Shown here: piece by piece, positions 50,859 to 62,155 of the stretch | Layout: the number at the start of each line of letters is the position of its first letter | How positions within the stretch are numbered: the first letter of the stretch is position 1 | From: Spironucleus salmonicida | Lineage: Eukaryota | Direction of reading: 5' to 3' | DNA: 64,000 nt | Assembly (NCBI RefSeq): GCF_000497125.1 | Contig: NC_090598.1 | Location: 744,001 to 808,000, forward strand | Program-made: the position numbers and the translations under genes | The notes under the pieces: generated by a model | Seen by the model: the letters and a program-made list of their open reading frames with translations, nothing else | The model's database searches: none | Told to the model about the DNA's origin: nothing

Positions 50859-52497
50859 GCTCACTCTTTTTCGTTTGTAGTGTATCCACAGATCCAGACT
50901 TTCTGCAAAAGCATTCACAAGCTAAAATCAGCAATCCAGCCACAATTCCAGATACCCCCGTTATACTATACACTAGCGTATTACTATATATTCTTGTCTG
51001 ATCGAAAAACTAAATCACGGGAATTATGACTTGATCATATTATACAATAGAATAAAGCCTCTTGCTCGTAATTAGAGATGAAACTTTCTGTGCAGTGGCT
51101 CGGTCCACAGAATCTTCAAATGCGATAGAATAGTTTTGCACTGAAAAAATATCTCGTCGACTGAGCACTAGGAATGGTTCAGGCAAGATATCTGTTATTA
51201 AACCATTTTTAACCGTTTTTTCAAAAAATGATACTTAGATTAGATATCTGGATTATACTTGGAGTGTACATCCTATAATATAAATCGGCGCATTGCCTAT
51301 TTAAATTGATCCCTCGACGGCATTGCTTTCGAACTAAACAGTCAGCTAAGTGTATTCATAACACGACTGATATCTTCTTGGATTTAACATTATGAAATCA
51401 AGCGCGCCGTTGTCTCTATATACGAGGACTGTGACTGAAACAAGAAGAGTCTCCTCCTTTCCTAGAAAGGATAGTAATTCAATGCAAGTGGGGTCTTCAA
51501 CCTATTTGCACTCTACTGATAATGTGGTAGTTTCTTAGCGGAATTCCGACTGGTTATTTTAGTACGTCCATGTGACGCCTTCACCTGCAATTTCAGAATT
51601 TGTAATCCCAACAATAACTTCCGTTAAATTTGATGAAAACACACATTTGTTAGTAGGCGTAAAGTATAGGATTATAAGTTCTCCGTTAATTTGGTAAGAG
51701 GAGTCTGAGTAGCAATTAACAAGATTGGTATCAAAAATGTTATCTATTGAAGTTGTGAATGTAAGATAATCTGTATCAGGATTGTTTAGTTAGAAATAAA
51801 GATTGAATTGAAGGTCCACTATGGCGTTGTAAATAATATTATTTACCATCTAGTCGCACTCACTTACGTTGGGAAAATTATTACAGTTGAACACCACTTC
51901 GATAGGTGAAGATTCAGTGAGGGAGGAAAACTGCACGCCAACCTAAAATATAAGGGACTAATCGAATACTACCAACTCAGCTAACACAGTTTCATTTAAC
52001 TACTCCGGTGCGAGCCCAGAGGGTTTCTTGCCAAACTGTGTAATCGAGTAATTACACCCATTTTGCTTGGCTGATATCGTAAAGACGTTGTCTGCTAGAG
52101 ACGCCTTAACGTCAACTAGGCAATCATTCGCGTTGAAGCTTAGCACCGAGAAGTAGGCCAGGGTCTGCTTCACCTCGGCGTCCATGTCCAGGAAGGTGAT
52201 CTTGAAGTTCGACTGGGTGGTGAGAAGCCCGGCCTCTTTTTCCGCATCGGTCTCAAAGGGAATATTGATCTGAATGTTCTGCTGATGGCGATACTCAAAA
52301 TTCTCGGAAAAGGATTCCTGGGCGTTGGCCAGTTCCACTGATGCTCTGGTGAGTCTGCCGTCGAGCTTCTGCCAGATTTCGAAAGCGCTAGATCTGGACT
52401 CCGGGAGGTACGTGGCCCGCAATATGCCCATCCCGGTAATCGGGTTGTACACGAAGGTGGCGTTGGGTAAATAGCTGCTGACGGCGGGCAGACTTAG
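50722..52497 (-). pseudogene. Type-I surface protein family, copy 4, start codon lost
   Basis: Duplication breakpoint falls exactly at the ATG (41151-41153 not copied); no nearby in-frame ATG upstream; conserved Cys changed to Trp (EICQK>EIWQK). Confidence 0.8.
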
Positions 52498-52981
52498 GTT
52501 TTGCGAAAAATGTTATTATACTATAGTTAACTATATTCTATATATGCGGCTATAAAATAAAGAGGTAGAAAATAATTTTAATATTATTTATAGTAGCTTA
52601 ATTACTAAATACTAGTTAAGCTTTAATTAAATGATCAACTGACTGTTATACTTTTAATGTCATTTCTATTTTAATGACATTTGTTATTAGTCATATATTA
52701 TTTTTATTATAATCTCACATCTTTCTGCCTAAATTTAAATTGATGTTTATGGTGAATTTCATCAGCAAATAGAATTAAACTTCATTACATATTATATTAG
52801 CTCAACATAAATTAAATACTCTTTAAACGTAATATTCAGTGTTACAAGTTTATCTCACTTCAAAAACTATCTCAAAAATAAATATTATTAAATTAACTAA
52901 AAATAACTCTAATTTGCAAAATATTAATATTATTATACATTAAATTATAAACAATCAACCACTCCACAACCGCCTCTTTTA

Positions 52982-53581
52982 ATGCCTTTGCCAGTTCGCT
53001 CAGCAGTTACTCCTCCAATTTCGAAACGCCAGCATGCGCTCGATATACCAGAAACTACATACCATCCAGAAACAGTTAGACCGAGACAGACACTTTAGCC
53101 CACCATCCCACAGCCTTTCGAGTTCCCTGGGGACTACTTTTCGCAGCGGTCCAAGGAGCAGTTTTAGCGCCTTTTAAGCCAGCAGGGCGAGCGCGAGAAC
53201 CAGCTCAGAATTCACAAGGCTAAGCAAGTCCCAAAGTTCTTCTAGAAACCTCTCGCGCACGCCGAAGATTCGACGGACGACGACTAGGACGCAAATGTCA
53301 CATATGGCATGTTCATGAACTCTGCCAAGAGGGCCAAAGAGCGCAAAGCGTTTGACGAGTACATGAGAAGGAAAGAGGAGCTCACGAGGGAGATGGAGCT
53401 GAGAGAGGAAGAGGAGAGGAATAACAGGGAAAAATAGGAAGTGCAGGAGCTGAGAAAGCAGATGGTGTACAAGGCTATGGAGTACAAGCCGGTGCAGCCC
53501 TTCCTGCCGGTGAGAGCCGAGCCAAAGTACACGGTGCCGAAAACGTTCAACTTTACCATGTTCAAGAGCCCGTGCAAGTGA
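52982..53581 (+). CDS. TPX2-like microtubule-associated protein, 199 aa
   Basis: PTIPQPFEF, RIHKAKQVP, NSAKRAKERKAFDE...ELRKQMVYKA...TVPKTFNF resemble the TPX2 C-terminal domain. Confidence 0.8.
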
Positions 53582-55635
53582 CCACTCTACATTTGGAACG
53601 AATATAAATAGTTGATTATTTTATGTATAGTCACCTTCTAAGTCTGCGTAAATGTCGTACTTCGTGCCATCGCAGACCTCCCAGCTGCACCAGATATCCG
53701 ATTTGCTGAGGCCCATAAAGGACCTTTCGGATGCATGGCAGATCGACCTGGAACCCTACATTGAGGACTTCTACAGCACCTTCACGGAGGACGAAATTCC
53801 AGATTTCCGGGACGCGGCGGCGCTGGTGTTGGGGGCGAGCAGCATATTTGCGCGCAAGGTCGACTTCCTGTACGACTAGCTGCAGGCTGCCCTGATACAG
53901 AACAGCAGGAACCAGAAGCCCAGCCGGCGCAAATCCCTGGCGGCCTTTTCGGGCCAGAACATCATCATCGACTACATAGCGTCGCCCCAAGAGTACGACC
54001 TGACCTCGTACTTTGAGCAGTTCCAGCAGGAGCCCACCGAGGACCTGTGCCTGCTGCCCCGCGACCCCCAGACCAGCCTGTGCTCCAGGACCTCGCTGGA
54101 GACCCAGAACTACAAAATCTCGCCCGTGTTCTCCGCCATCTAGCAGCAGCAACTCCTGGTGTTTGAGCACTGGGACACGCCCCAGCTGTACAGAGCGCTC
54201 AATGGCGACGTCAAGGCAGGCCCGACGCTGTTCTCGACGCCCCTGAACCCCAAGATGTACGAGCAGATGAGCAGGCTGGTCGGCGCCGAGAAAAGTGTCA
54301 TCGCGCCGCAGCAACCTCTGCCGCCATCCGCTCTGAGCTCCCAGCCCGACTCTCCGCCCGGCCACGATATGGTGCAGCCAAGCGAGAACTCTGACCCGGG
54401 CGAGGGCCCAGACGACATCAACCTGGACGAGCTCTCGTTCCATGCCATCCTCGACATTGCGACAGAGAGCATCGCCGACCAGATGGATACGCTCTTTTAG
54501 AAAATCCAGGGCTTTTGCGATCAAAAGGCCGCCAAGGTCGCAGCCGCCAAGCCCTTCCAGCTGATGCGGCCTAACGAGATTCTGCCTCCCAGGTAGGACG
54601 TCAGGATCGGGAACTACGTCTTCGTGGGCGAGTTGGCGGGCCTGGACTACCAGGAGCGCGGTTTCGACTACGACCTCGTCGCCCTAAACAACACCGACGC
54701 GTTCGTCACCGCCGGCACCTTTTACTCGGACAGCGTGCACTCTGCGACCGCCAAAAAGGCGATCTTCGGCGCGAGGTAGGTGGTCTCCGTGGAACAAGAC
54801 CAGGCGTCACGCCAGGCTGAGCAGACCCAGGGCAGCCAGATCCAGCTCGATTTCGAGATCCCGAAGGAGCCGCTGGTGCAGCGCCAGCTCCAGAAGGGCA
54901 GTGGGTTCGTGTATCGGAAAATAATAAACCACGACTACCTGTTCTGGAAGAAGAGCACGATCGTAAGCACGGCGCCCTTCGATATCTAGGAGGTCACGAA
55001 GGCCGTTCTAGACCAAAGCGGCGAGAAGGTGCTCCTCCGGCAGCTGAGCAAAAACAGGCGCGAGCTGTCCCAGAACTTCATGGGCGCCCTGCTGCTGGCC
55101 AGCCAGGGCAAGTGCGAGATCATCGACGAGGGCGAGCGGGGCATCTTTGTGTTGCGGAAGGACTGAGGGAGGCGGCGTCTCGGATGCGCGCCAACTGACC
55201 TCCTGGAGATGGTGCGGGCGGAGGCATGTGGCTGTTTGCGCGGGCTAGTTGGTGGCGAAAGTATCCCGCTGAGAGTTGTGCGGCCGGACTATGCGCGACG
55301 GGCGCAGCCTAAAGTTTGAACTACGATAGTGCTTACCAGTCCAGCAAATGCGGGGAGGCAGTTTAGGCAGTATCCGCCAATTGGCGGATTAGCCAGCCCA
55401 GAACATCATCCTTTACGAACCACGCCGTTGGCAACTGCAGGATAATAGTAGCATATGCACCAGTGGAGTATGCCCGACTCCAATTTAAGGTGGGGTGTAT
55501 TCGTAAATTGTAAATGCTAAATTTCACTAGAAGCGGCTAGTTACTGCAGGTGGGTGCGGTAAGGATGGTTTAGGTTTACGCGAAAAGGAGAGGAACATGG
55601 TGTGTAGTCATTTGCTTGTCGGAATTTTGTGTAAT
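53453..55635 (+). repeat. Segmental duplication B' (probable donor of B)
   Basis: Contiguous with the intact TPX2-like gene. Confidence 0.93.
53652..55166 (+). CDS. NCAPH2: Condensin II CAP-H2 homologue, duplicate, 504 aa
   Basis: Copy of 45746-47260. Confidence 0.8.
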
Positions 55636-55920
55636 AGCTGCAAAAATATATTGTAATATAGTTTGTTCTCAAATGGTTTCCTTAGATAAATGATTTCCTC
55701 ACTCATTTATAAAAGAGAAGAATGTAGCCTGTATGAAAGATATTACGACGTTAATTCAATCTGTATGAAGAATTTAATAAGTTATACATACTGAAAATAT
55801 ACTTACTAAAAGTGTGGAAGTAAATTCAATACTCTCTATAAAATAGAAGTTCAAATCTATGCTAAATTTTCTTACAATAATGAAGCCTCTTTGAGCTCAT
55901 ATATGTTGATATATCGCATG

Positions 55921-56330
55921 CCTTTCAACACCAGTTTGGGCCCGTCGGGAAGAACCGTGACCGCAAAGTGCTTCCTCTGCTCCGCCTTCGTCTCCCGGAG
56001 TGGACAGATCCGCGACCTCCGAGCCTGCGTTAGCCCCGAGCACCAGATTGGCGCCGCGAGCAAATTGAGGCATACCACTCCGACGCAGCAGTGAAGGACT
56101 CGCTCACATGTACCTGCGCCCGGACCGGCGGTAGTAGGGGTTGGTGTAGAACTGGCGCTGGCCGATAACCTGGCAGCCGCCCTGGTCCGTACCCGTGGGG
56201 ATCAGGCCCGTCGGCACTGGTGCCTCCGGCTGTACCTCGGGGTTCTCGATGAAGACGCTCAGCGGCTGGTGGCGGGACTGCGGGGCGCCCATTTTCGGGA
56301 GTGGAGCGGACGCTGCTGGCGTCCTGGAGG
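55921..56330 (-). repeat. 410-bp inverted duplication, partner 61746-62155
   Basis: Position x pairs with 118076-x; a few SNPs. Confidence 0.92.
56104..56292 (-). CDS. Small protein, 62 aa, possible N-myristoylation (MGAPQS)
   Basis: AAAATG GGC; GC3-rich; TGA stop; duplicated at 61784. Confidence 0.65.
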   Translation of the reverse strand: MGAPQSRHQPLSVFIENPEVQPEAPVPTGLIPTGTDQGGCQVIGQRQFYTNPYYRRSGRRYM

Positions 56331-56948
56331 ACAAAAAAGGATAGTATATATTATCCAGTAATTATCAATCGAGTTGCGTGCGCTGGGAGCAGGATTATGT
56401 ACATCGTCACCACCACTATGCAGAGATTCTGTAATCCAGCGGCATGCTCTTCTGGATGCGTGGCAAAAAAGGCTCAGTATTAAAATTAATCCTATATTTA
56501 TGTATCTAGCCTTTTGATCGGTACTGTGATTAAATAGACTACTGAGTAAATTTGGTAATTTCGCCATGATTTATATTCTCAATCTCTTGTAAAATTACTA
56601 CATATATAAATATGACTTACGTTTTAAGACCATTTAAGACTTAAGAAATTATAATATACTGCATTCTAAGCAAACTTTCAATTTGCAAAATTATCACAAT
56701 TTAACTTAATAACATCATCAAAAAATCAACTTTAATTAATTAAGTTATTATACTATTTTGTTGAGATCCTAAAACAAACTGAGAATTTTTTACGGTTTTT
56801 TAGTTTTTCCAGTTATGATTAAAATTACTGTTTATTAATTTTTTAACACACTTACACTTATATATCTTTATATCCATTTTAAGTTATACTATATTATACT
56901 CAAAAATCGTATAACGTCCTAATTTAATATTATTCGAAATTATGTAAA

Positions 56949-58436
56949 ATGAAGTAAAGACAGGTCGGCCGGCCATCCTCGCCTCCCGCGAAAAAAGCAC
57001 AGAAGCCAGTCCCTCACCAGATTCTGAAACAGTATGGTTTTGCATCAGACTACTACTACGCAAAATTCAAGAAATCACAGCAGGTTTTGGTTACGCAGGC
57101 CGCCAGCGCCATGGCATTCATGAAACCCAGCATAACGCTCCCAAAATCACTCAAACTCACCGTGGTGGATTATAAGCTCGTTCGTAAGTTCTTCTATTAC
57201 GAAATGCCGGAGCTCTACATGTGCGATTTTGGAGCGTACGTCGCAAACCCGTTCATCACGAAGCTGAATTTCACGTACACAGCCAACGCTATACAGATTT
57301 AAAACACCATAATCGCGCGTGCGACGAAACTTATCCAGGAGACCGGGGCCGACCGCAACTCCCTTGACAAAAAGTATCTTGACTGGATAACGAAACATTC
57401 GCGATACGGCAATATTGCTGAAAAGAATATGAAGCACAGCCAGTTCAGCCCGCTGGGTCCATTTAACGGGGTGGCCGTCTGCGCCGGCTTCGCGAAGCTG
57501 TTCAAGCTCCTCTCCAAGCTGCTGAACAAGGCTTCAATCTGCGTGACGGGTCCGGCCTCCAACGGTGAAAACCACGCCTGGAACATGCAAAAAATCGGAC
57601 TTTCTTGGTACAATCTGGACTTCACATGGTGCCTAAAGCAGGAGTTCCCGCGATATTTTAACGTGAGCAACAAACTACTGGGCCATAGAAACAATTCAGT
57701 AGTGAAAACTCCAGTTTGCAGTACTGACCGCCTCAGCTACATGGTGAAGAATAAAATGTGGGCCGACACCCCAGAAGATATTTAGAAATGTTTCGCTGAT
57801 TAGTTTAAGAAAGGCAAGATCTGCATTTTCAACAACAAGATCCCCCCGTAAAAATCTTTGGAGATTTGCCAAACCTGGCTCACACAGCGCGAGCTTAGCG
57901 TGCGGTAGAAGTACGCGATTTCTGGTATCCTGGCAACGGGGCGCACACAGCTCGTTTTCCGAGTTGCTCGAGATCCAAACGTGGTCTCGTTCCCCGCACA
58001 GCGCGGAATTTCCGCAGTGAAGCCTAACGTCATTTTCGTGCTCGGGGACGCCAAGGGGCTCGTTTCTGTAACCGAGGAGCGCGCGCTACGCGCTCTCTTC
58101 ACGTGCCGTAAGAGTGTAGCAGTGCAGGTGATCTGCGGCGCCGGGAGCGGCAGGCGTCTTCACGCGGAGCTCGCAGACCTGGCAAACCGTTTCTCGGTAT
58201 AGATGGGGCGATACGTAACACTGCGTAGCGTAGGGTTCCAGGGCACTAGCATGATAGTTTTCAGACTCGAGATCGATCCACAAATCCGCGTTTTGCGGCA
58301 GAACCGGGGTGTGGTAAAAGGGGGCAAGTACCTGATGCGGATGGTAGGAGCGGACTACCGGTAGGTGCTTGGCGCGCAGCGGCAAATTAAATGGGTGCAG
58401 CATGGGGAATTCTGCCTTTTCGAGGTGCTTGCGTGA
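56949..58436 (+). CDS. Transglutaminase-like (Cys-His-Asp) domain protein, 495 aa
   Basis: GVAVCAGFAKLFKLL (Cys), ENHAWN (His), WYNLDFTW (Asp); track ORFs 57087, 57429 and 57981 are one frame joined by TAR. Confidence 0.85.
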
Positions 58437-58678
58437 GCAATTTTTAAAATTGGAAGGATGTGGAAATTAGTATTATTATTGTATAATAATTAATAAAAAT
58501 ATTTTTGTAAACTTGATTGTTTTTGCTGGATGGTTAGTGAATAATGTGGGTGGCTATTTGTATGGAAGTTGGGTTGATTTTAGCTTATATAGTCACTGCA
58601 AATATGATTCTGCAGTTTAAAGTCAGAAACAAAATAATATTTACAGATAAATAGAAATTGTTATAATAGCCAATTTAT

Positions 58679-59032
58679 TCATTTAGCGTAACACTAAATT
58701 AGCACCATTCCGTTATATTATAGCACATCACATGCACATTGAACGCACGCCTCCCATGACATTCTCCCATTTTACTTTAATTCTATACATGCAGTTGAAG
58801 TCCCGCTCTTGATAAATTACTCGTGGATAGCATCTTCTAAAGCAGGTCTAAGAAGTTTTGCAGCAAATGATACCCCATATTCATTGTTTGGAGCATTTCC
58901 ATGACGATATTACAATGTGTCATTAACCAAGGGGTTCTCAAAACCATCGAATGCCCCTATAACAATAGAGGAGTACGGAAGGTGGAGAGGAGCCTATCTA
59001 AAATATTAAAGGGCAATTACCGCAGCTCGCAT
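58679..59032 (-). CDS. Hypothetical 117-aa protein, weak resemblance to RNase PH domain 1 (Rrp46-like)
   Basis: AAAATG; SSIVIGAFDG...LLRPALEDAI...WEACVQCACDVL; family call is tentative. Confidence 0.5.
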
Positions 59033-59065
59033 TTTGTCTATGTTACTTATTTTTATATAATAAAA

Positions 59066-59392
59066 TCACTTCATGGAATAAGATTCTGAAATATCCAGCT
59101 AAAGTTTTATATCTTCCACGTCTTTTTTAAGTATCAAAGTTGTGCTACTAGTTCGATCTTCACTGAATTCTATCTATCGATCACACTACCGAAATTACTT
59201 TGAACCTGAGTTGCGCGGCGATTTGAATATTGGTGTATGAAAAATGTTACTGCTAGAGTCCTAATAGATAATCTGGGCCTCGCTTAAATCTGTATCCGAG
59301 TTGTTTATTTTCAAAATGAAGTTTCCAGTATCATTTTACAGCATATCATGCCAGGAGTATAAATTCTATTTAATACCGCCGTTGATCTTCAT
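59066..59392 (-). CDS. Hypothetical protein, 108 aa
   Basis: MKINGGIKQNLYSWHD...; ends AAG TGA. Confidence 0.45.
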
Positions 59393-59999
59393 TTAGATTA
59401 TTTATACGTATCTTTTAGTAAATTCATACCTTTTATAAAAATCTTCATATTTATTGTCTCTTTAAATCAAGATGTTAACGTTATGTCGCATGGTATTTAG
59501 GAGCTGCGCAGAATTGCCCTGTGCGGTATGCAATGGGAGGAGCCTGTCGCTGCGCATTTTGGAAGGAGCCGTGGCGGCGAAAGCGCTCGGGTTGTGTATA
59601 ATATGTGATAGAAACACCCATCAGTTACAACCCCGCTTCCAGAATATACTGGTTTGCTTCTCCGCCCGGTCGGGAAGTTTGCCCGACTAGGTGCCATGAG
59701 TGCCCGCCAGGTGTGCGCCTCGCAGGTCCGAGCGTGCTAGCCCTCCCTGAATTTGGCGTCGCTCGATTTAGATAACTGCATTATTATATGTACCACCGCC
59801 CGCATTCCCCGCTCCGTCCCGCTCCCTCAAGGACCTAGAGTTGACGTGCCGCACCAGCAGCGGCCTCGCGTTATATGGATCCGACATGCTGGGCCTCCAA
59901 CCGCGTTCTGCGGCTGGGCCCTCTGCTCTGGCCTCGGCCCTAGCGACAGTCCCCAAATATCTATTCCGCTGCCATGGCAGCCTATATTCATTATTAGTA

Positions 60000-60614
60000 T
60001 CACTCCTCTTCGCCCAGGAGCCGTTCCACCGCCTCCCTGATTTCCGCCACGGAGTCCACGATAATCGTCGCTCCCACCAGCTCGGCGCGCGTCCTGAAAC
60101 CGTAGGTGACCGCCACTACTGGGATGCCGGCCGCGATGGCCGTCTGCACGTCCACCTCGCTGTCCCCCACGAGAACGGCCCGCTGTTCGCACGCTAGGAT
60201 GGCGGGATTGGGCTTTGGTTGGAAGGCCCCGACGCCCCTGACCTCGTCGAAGTACTGCGCCAGCCCGAGCTTGACCACTAGTTGCTGCAGGGTGTCCTCC
60301 GGCTTGTTCGAGGCCACCACGAGCCGGTTCCTTCCAGCCGCCCGCAGCGCGTCTAACAGCTCGACGACCCCAGGGAAGAGGGCCGGGGTAGCTGCGTGCA
60401 GCTCGGCTAGGTAGTGCGCAAGCAGCTGCTCCTACACAGCGGCGGGGGCCGTGCGCTCCACCAGGGCCTTCGCGCCCCAGCCAACGCAGCGGCACACCTC
60501 GGCATCAGGGAGCGGGTCCAGGCCGAATACGAGTCTCGAAGCGTTGAGTGCGGTGGCGATGGATGCCAGGGAGTCCACCAGGGTTCCGTCCAGGTCGAAG
60601 AAGATCGTCTGCAT
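60000..60614 (-). CDS. HAD-family hydrolase, phosphoglycolate phosphatase (Gph)-like, 204 aa
   Basis: FFDLDGTLVDS (motif I), VASNKP (II), PKPNP (III), VGDSEVDV...AGI...VTYG (IV); one TAG read as Gln. Confidence 0.92.
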
Positions 60615-60658
60615 TTTGGAGATGTCTCTAGAGGTGCGGACACATATTAAAAGCCAAA

Positions 60659-61171
60659 ATGCCATTCCCCACGAAATACGTACCCGACCACGCAGTACAC
60701 TTCATGCAGTATCGCCTCCGCACGGGGCCGGCACGGCAATAGAGCCTGGTTCAGGGGTTCAGGTCTGCGCAGCAGCAGGCAGCGGTGACCTAGTTTTAGC
60801 GCCGGGTCCAGCACTGTACGGAGCCTTGTCGCTACACAGTCCCCAAAGGGAGGGATGTGATCAAGGCTGAGGACAGTGAGGCCTTCTTCTTCACCCACGG
60901 CGGATTCTCACCTCCGCAGGCCCGCCCCACCCGGTTCATCACCGGTAGGCAGAAAGCCTAGTTCCGGCAGATAGGGATGGACACCATCCTGCCATGCGCA
61001 CCACCAGAGAAAGATCTACGGGGAATTAGCAGCTGCCACCTTTCGGTCGAGACACTGGTCGCCCAGATCACCTATATCGTATCCCAGAGGAGGCAGCTGG
61101 AGCGGGCCGAGCAGGAACTGAAGACGGGTCGAGCTGTGCGAGAGAGGCGAAGCCTGATGTTCAGGAAGTGA
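60659..61171 (+). CDS. Hypothetical protein, 170 aa
   Basis: AAAATG; in frame with track ORF 60977-61171 through TAG codons; ends AAG TGA; divergent from the HAD gene across 44 bp. Confidence 0.65.
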
Positions 61172-61204
61172 TGAGGCTGCCATACTCGCGGATACTGCAC
61201 TCAC

Positions 61205-61393
61205 TCAGAACACGATGTCGCTCGTGGACGCGCTGTCACAAATCTGATCCACGAGGCACGTCTTGCTGATCTGCTTCATGGTGAAGTCCCGCACGCATAA
61301 ATTGTCCAGATCGGCAACCTTCTCGATGAAGCAGCACCGTGGCGACGCGAGCATCTTGGGCACGAAACTGTTTATCCGGAGGTGGAGCGGCAT
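61205..61393 (-). CDS. 'MPLHLR' small protein, diverged paralogue, 62 aa
   Basis: MPLHLRINSFVPKMLASPRCCFIEKVADLDNLCVRDF...CLVDQICDS. Confidence 0.75.
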   Translation of the reverse strand: MPLHLRINSFVPKMLASPRCCFIEKVADLDNLCVRDFTMKQISKTCLVDQICDSASTSDIVF

Positions 61394-61745
61394 TTTTGGA
61401 ATATGGGTTGCAACGTATTGTGGACCGATACCGGAGTTTCTGGATTTCATTGCCGGAAGTATAATGCGTTTATGCTAAATAAATCGGTTTCTGCAGATGC
61501 CAGTGCCGCAAATTTAGACAGTCTGTATCTCTGGTGTTACTGGTCATAAACATCAAATTGGCGACGCGCTAAGCACCGCTGCCTTGCTAATGGGTAGGAC
61601 ACACGTGAGAATGTAGCAGCTCCCGCCGCTGCCTGGAGGCTAAATTCTGGTGCGTCTGTCCCGCCAAGGTCCCATGGAGACCTTACCCATGTGCATGCCA
61701 ATGCGTGAAGCTGGCTAGCCGAGCTATTCTCCAGATCCCTGCATC

Positions 61746-62155
61746 CCTCCAGGACGCCAGCAGCGTCCGCTCCACTCCCGCAAATGGGCGCCCCGCAGTC
61801 CCGCCACCAGCCGCTGAGCGTCTTCATCGAGAACCCCGAGGTACAGCCGGAGGCACCAGTGCCGACGGGCCTGATCCCCACGGGTACGGACCAGGGCGGC
61901 TGCCAGGTTATCGGCCAGCGCCAGTTCTACACCAGCCCCTACTACCGCCGGTCCGGGCGCAGGTACATGTGAGCGAGTCCTTCACTGCTGCGTCGGAGTG
62001 GTATGCCTCAATTTGCTCGCGGCGCCAATCTGGTGCTCGGGGCTAACGCAGGCTCGGAGGTCGCGGATCTGTCCACTCCGGGAGACGAAGGCGGAGCAGA
62101 GGAAGCACTTTGCGGTCACGGTTCTTCCCGACGGGCCCAAACTGGTGTTGAAAGG
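61746..62155 (+). repeat. 410-bp inverted duplication, partner 55921-56330
   Basis: See partner. Confidence 0.92.
61784..61972 (+). CDS. Small MGAPQS protein, duplicate
   Basis: Copy of 56104-56292 (N>S). Confidence 0.65.
   Translation: MGAPQSRHQPLSVFIENPEVQPEAPVPTGLIPTGTDQGGCQVIGQRQFYTSPYYRRSGRRYM

Larger units (their letters stand above)
49234..52497 (+). repeat. Segmental duplication A' (copy of 37887-41150)
   Basis: Offset 11347. Confidence 0.95.

Noticed and set aside
38567-54524. Long antisense or extended ORFs (38645-39517, 45725-46618, 49992-50918, 53631-54524; N-terminal extension 38567-38983)
   Set aside because: Shadow ORFs of GC3-rich genes on the opposite strand.
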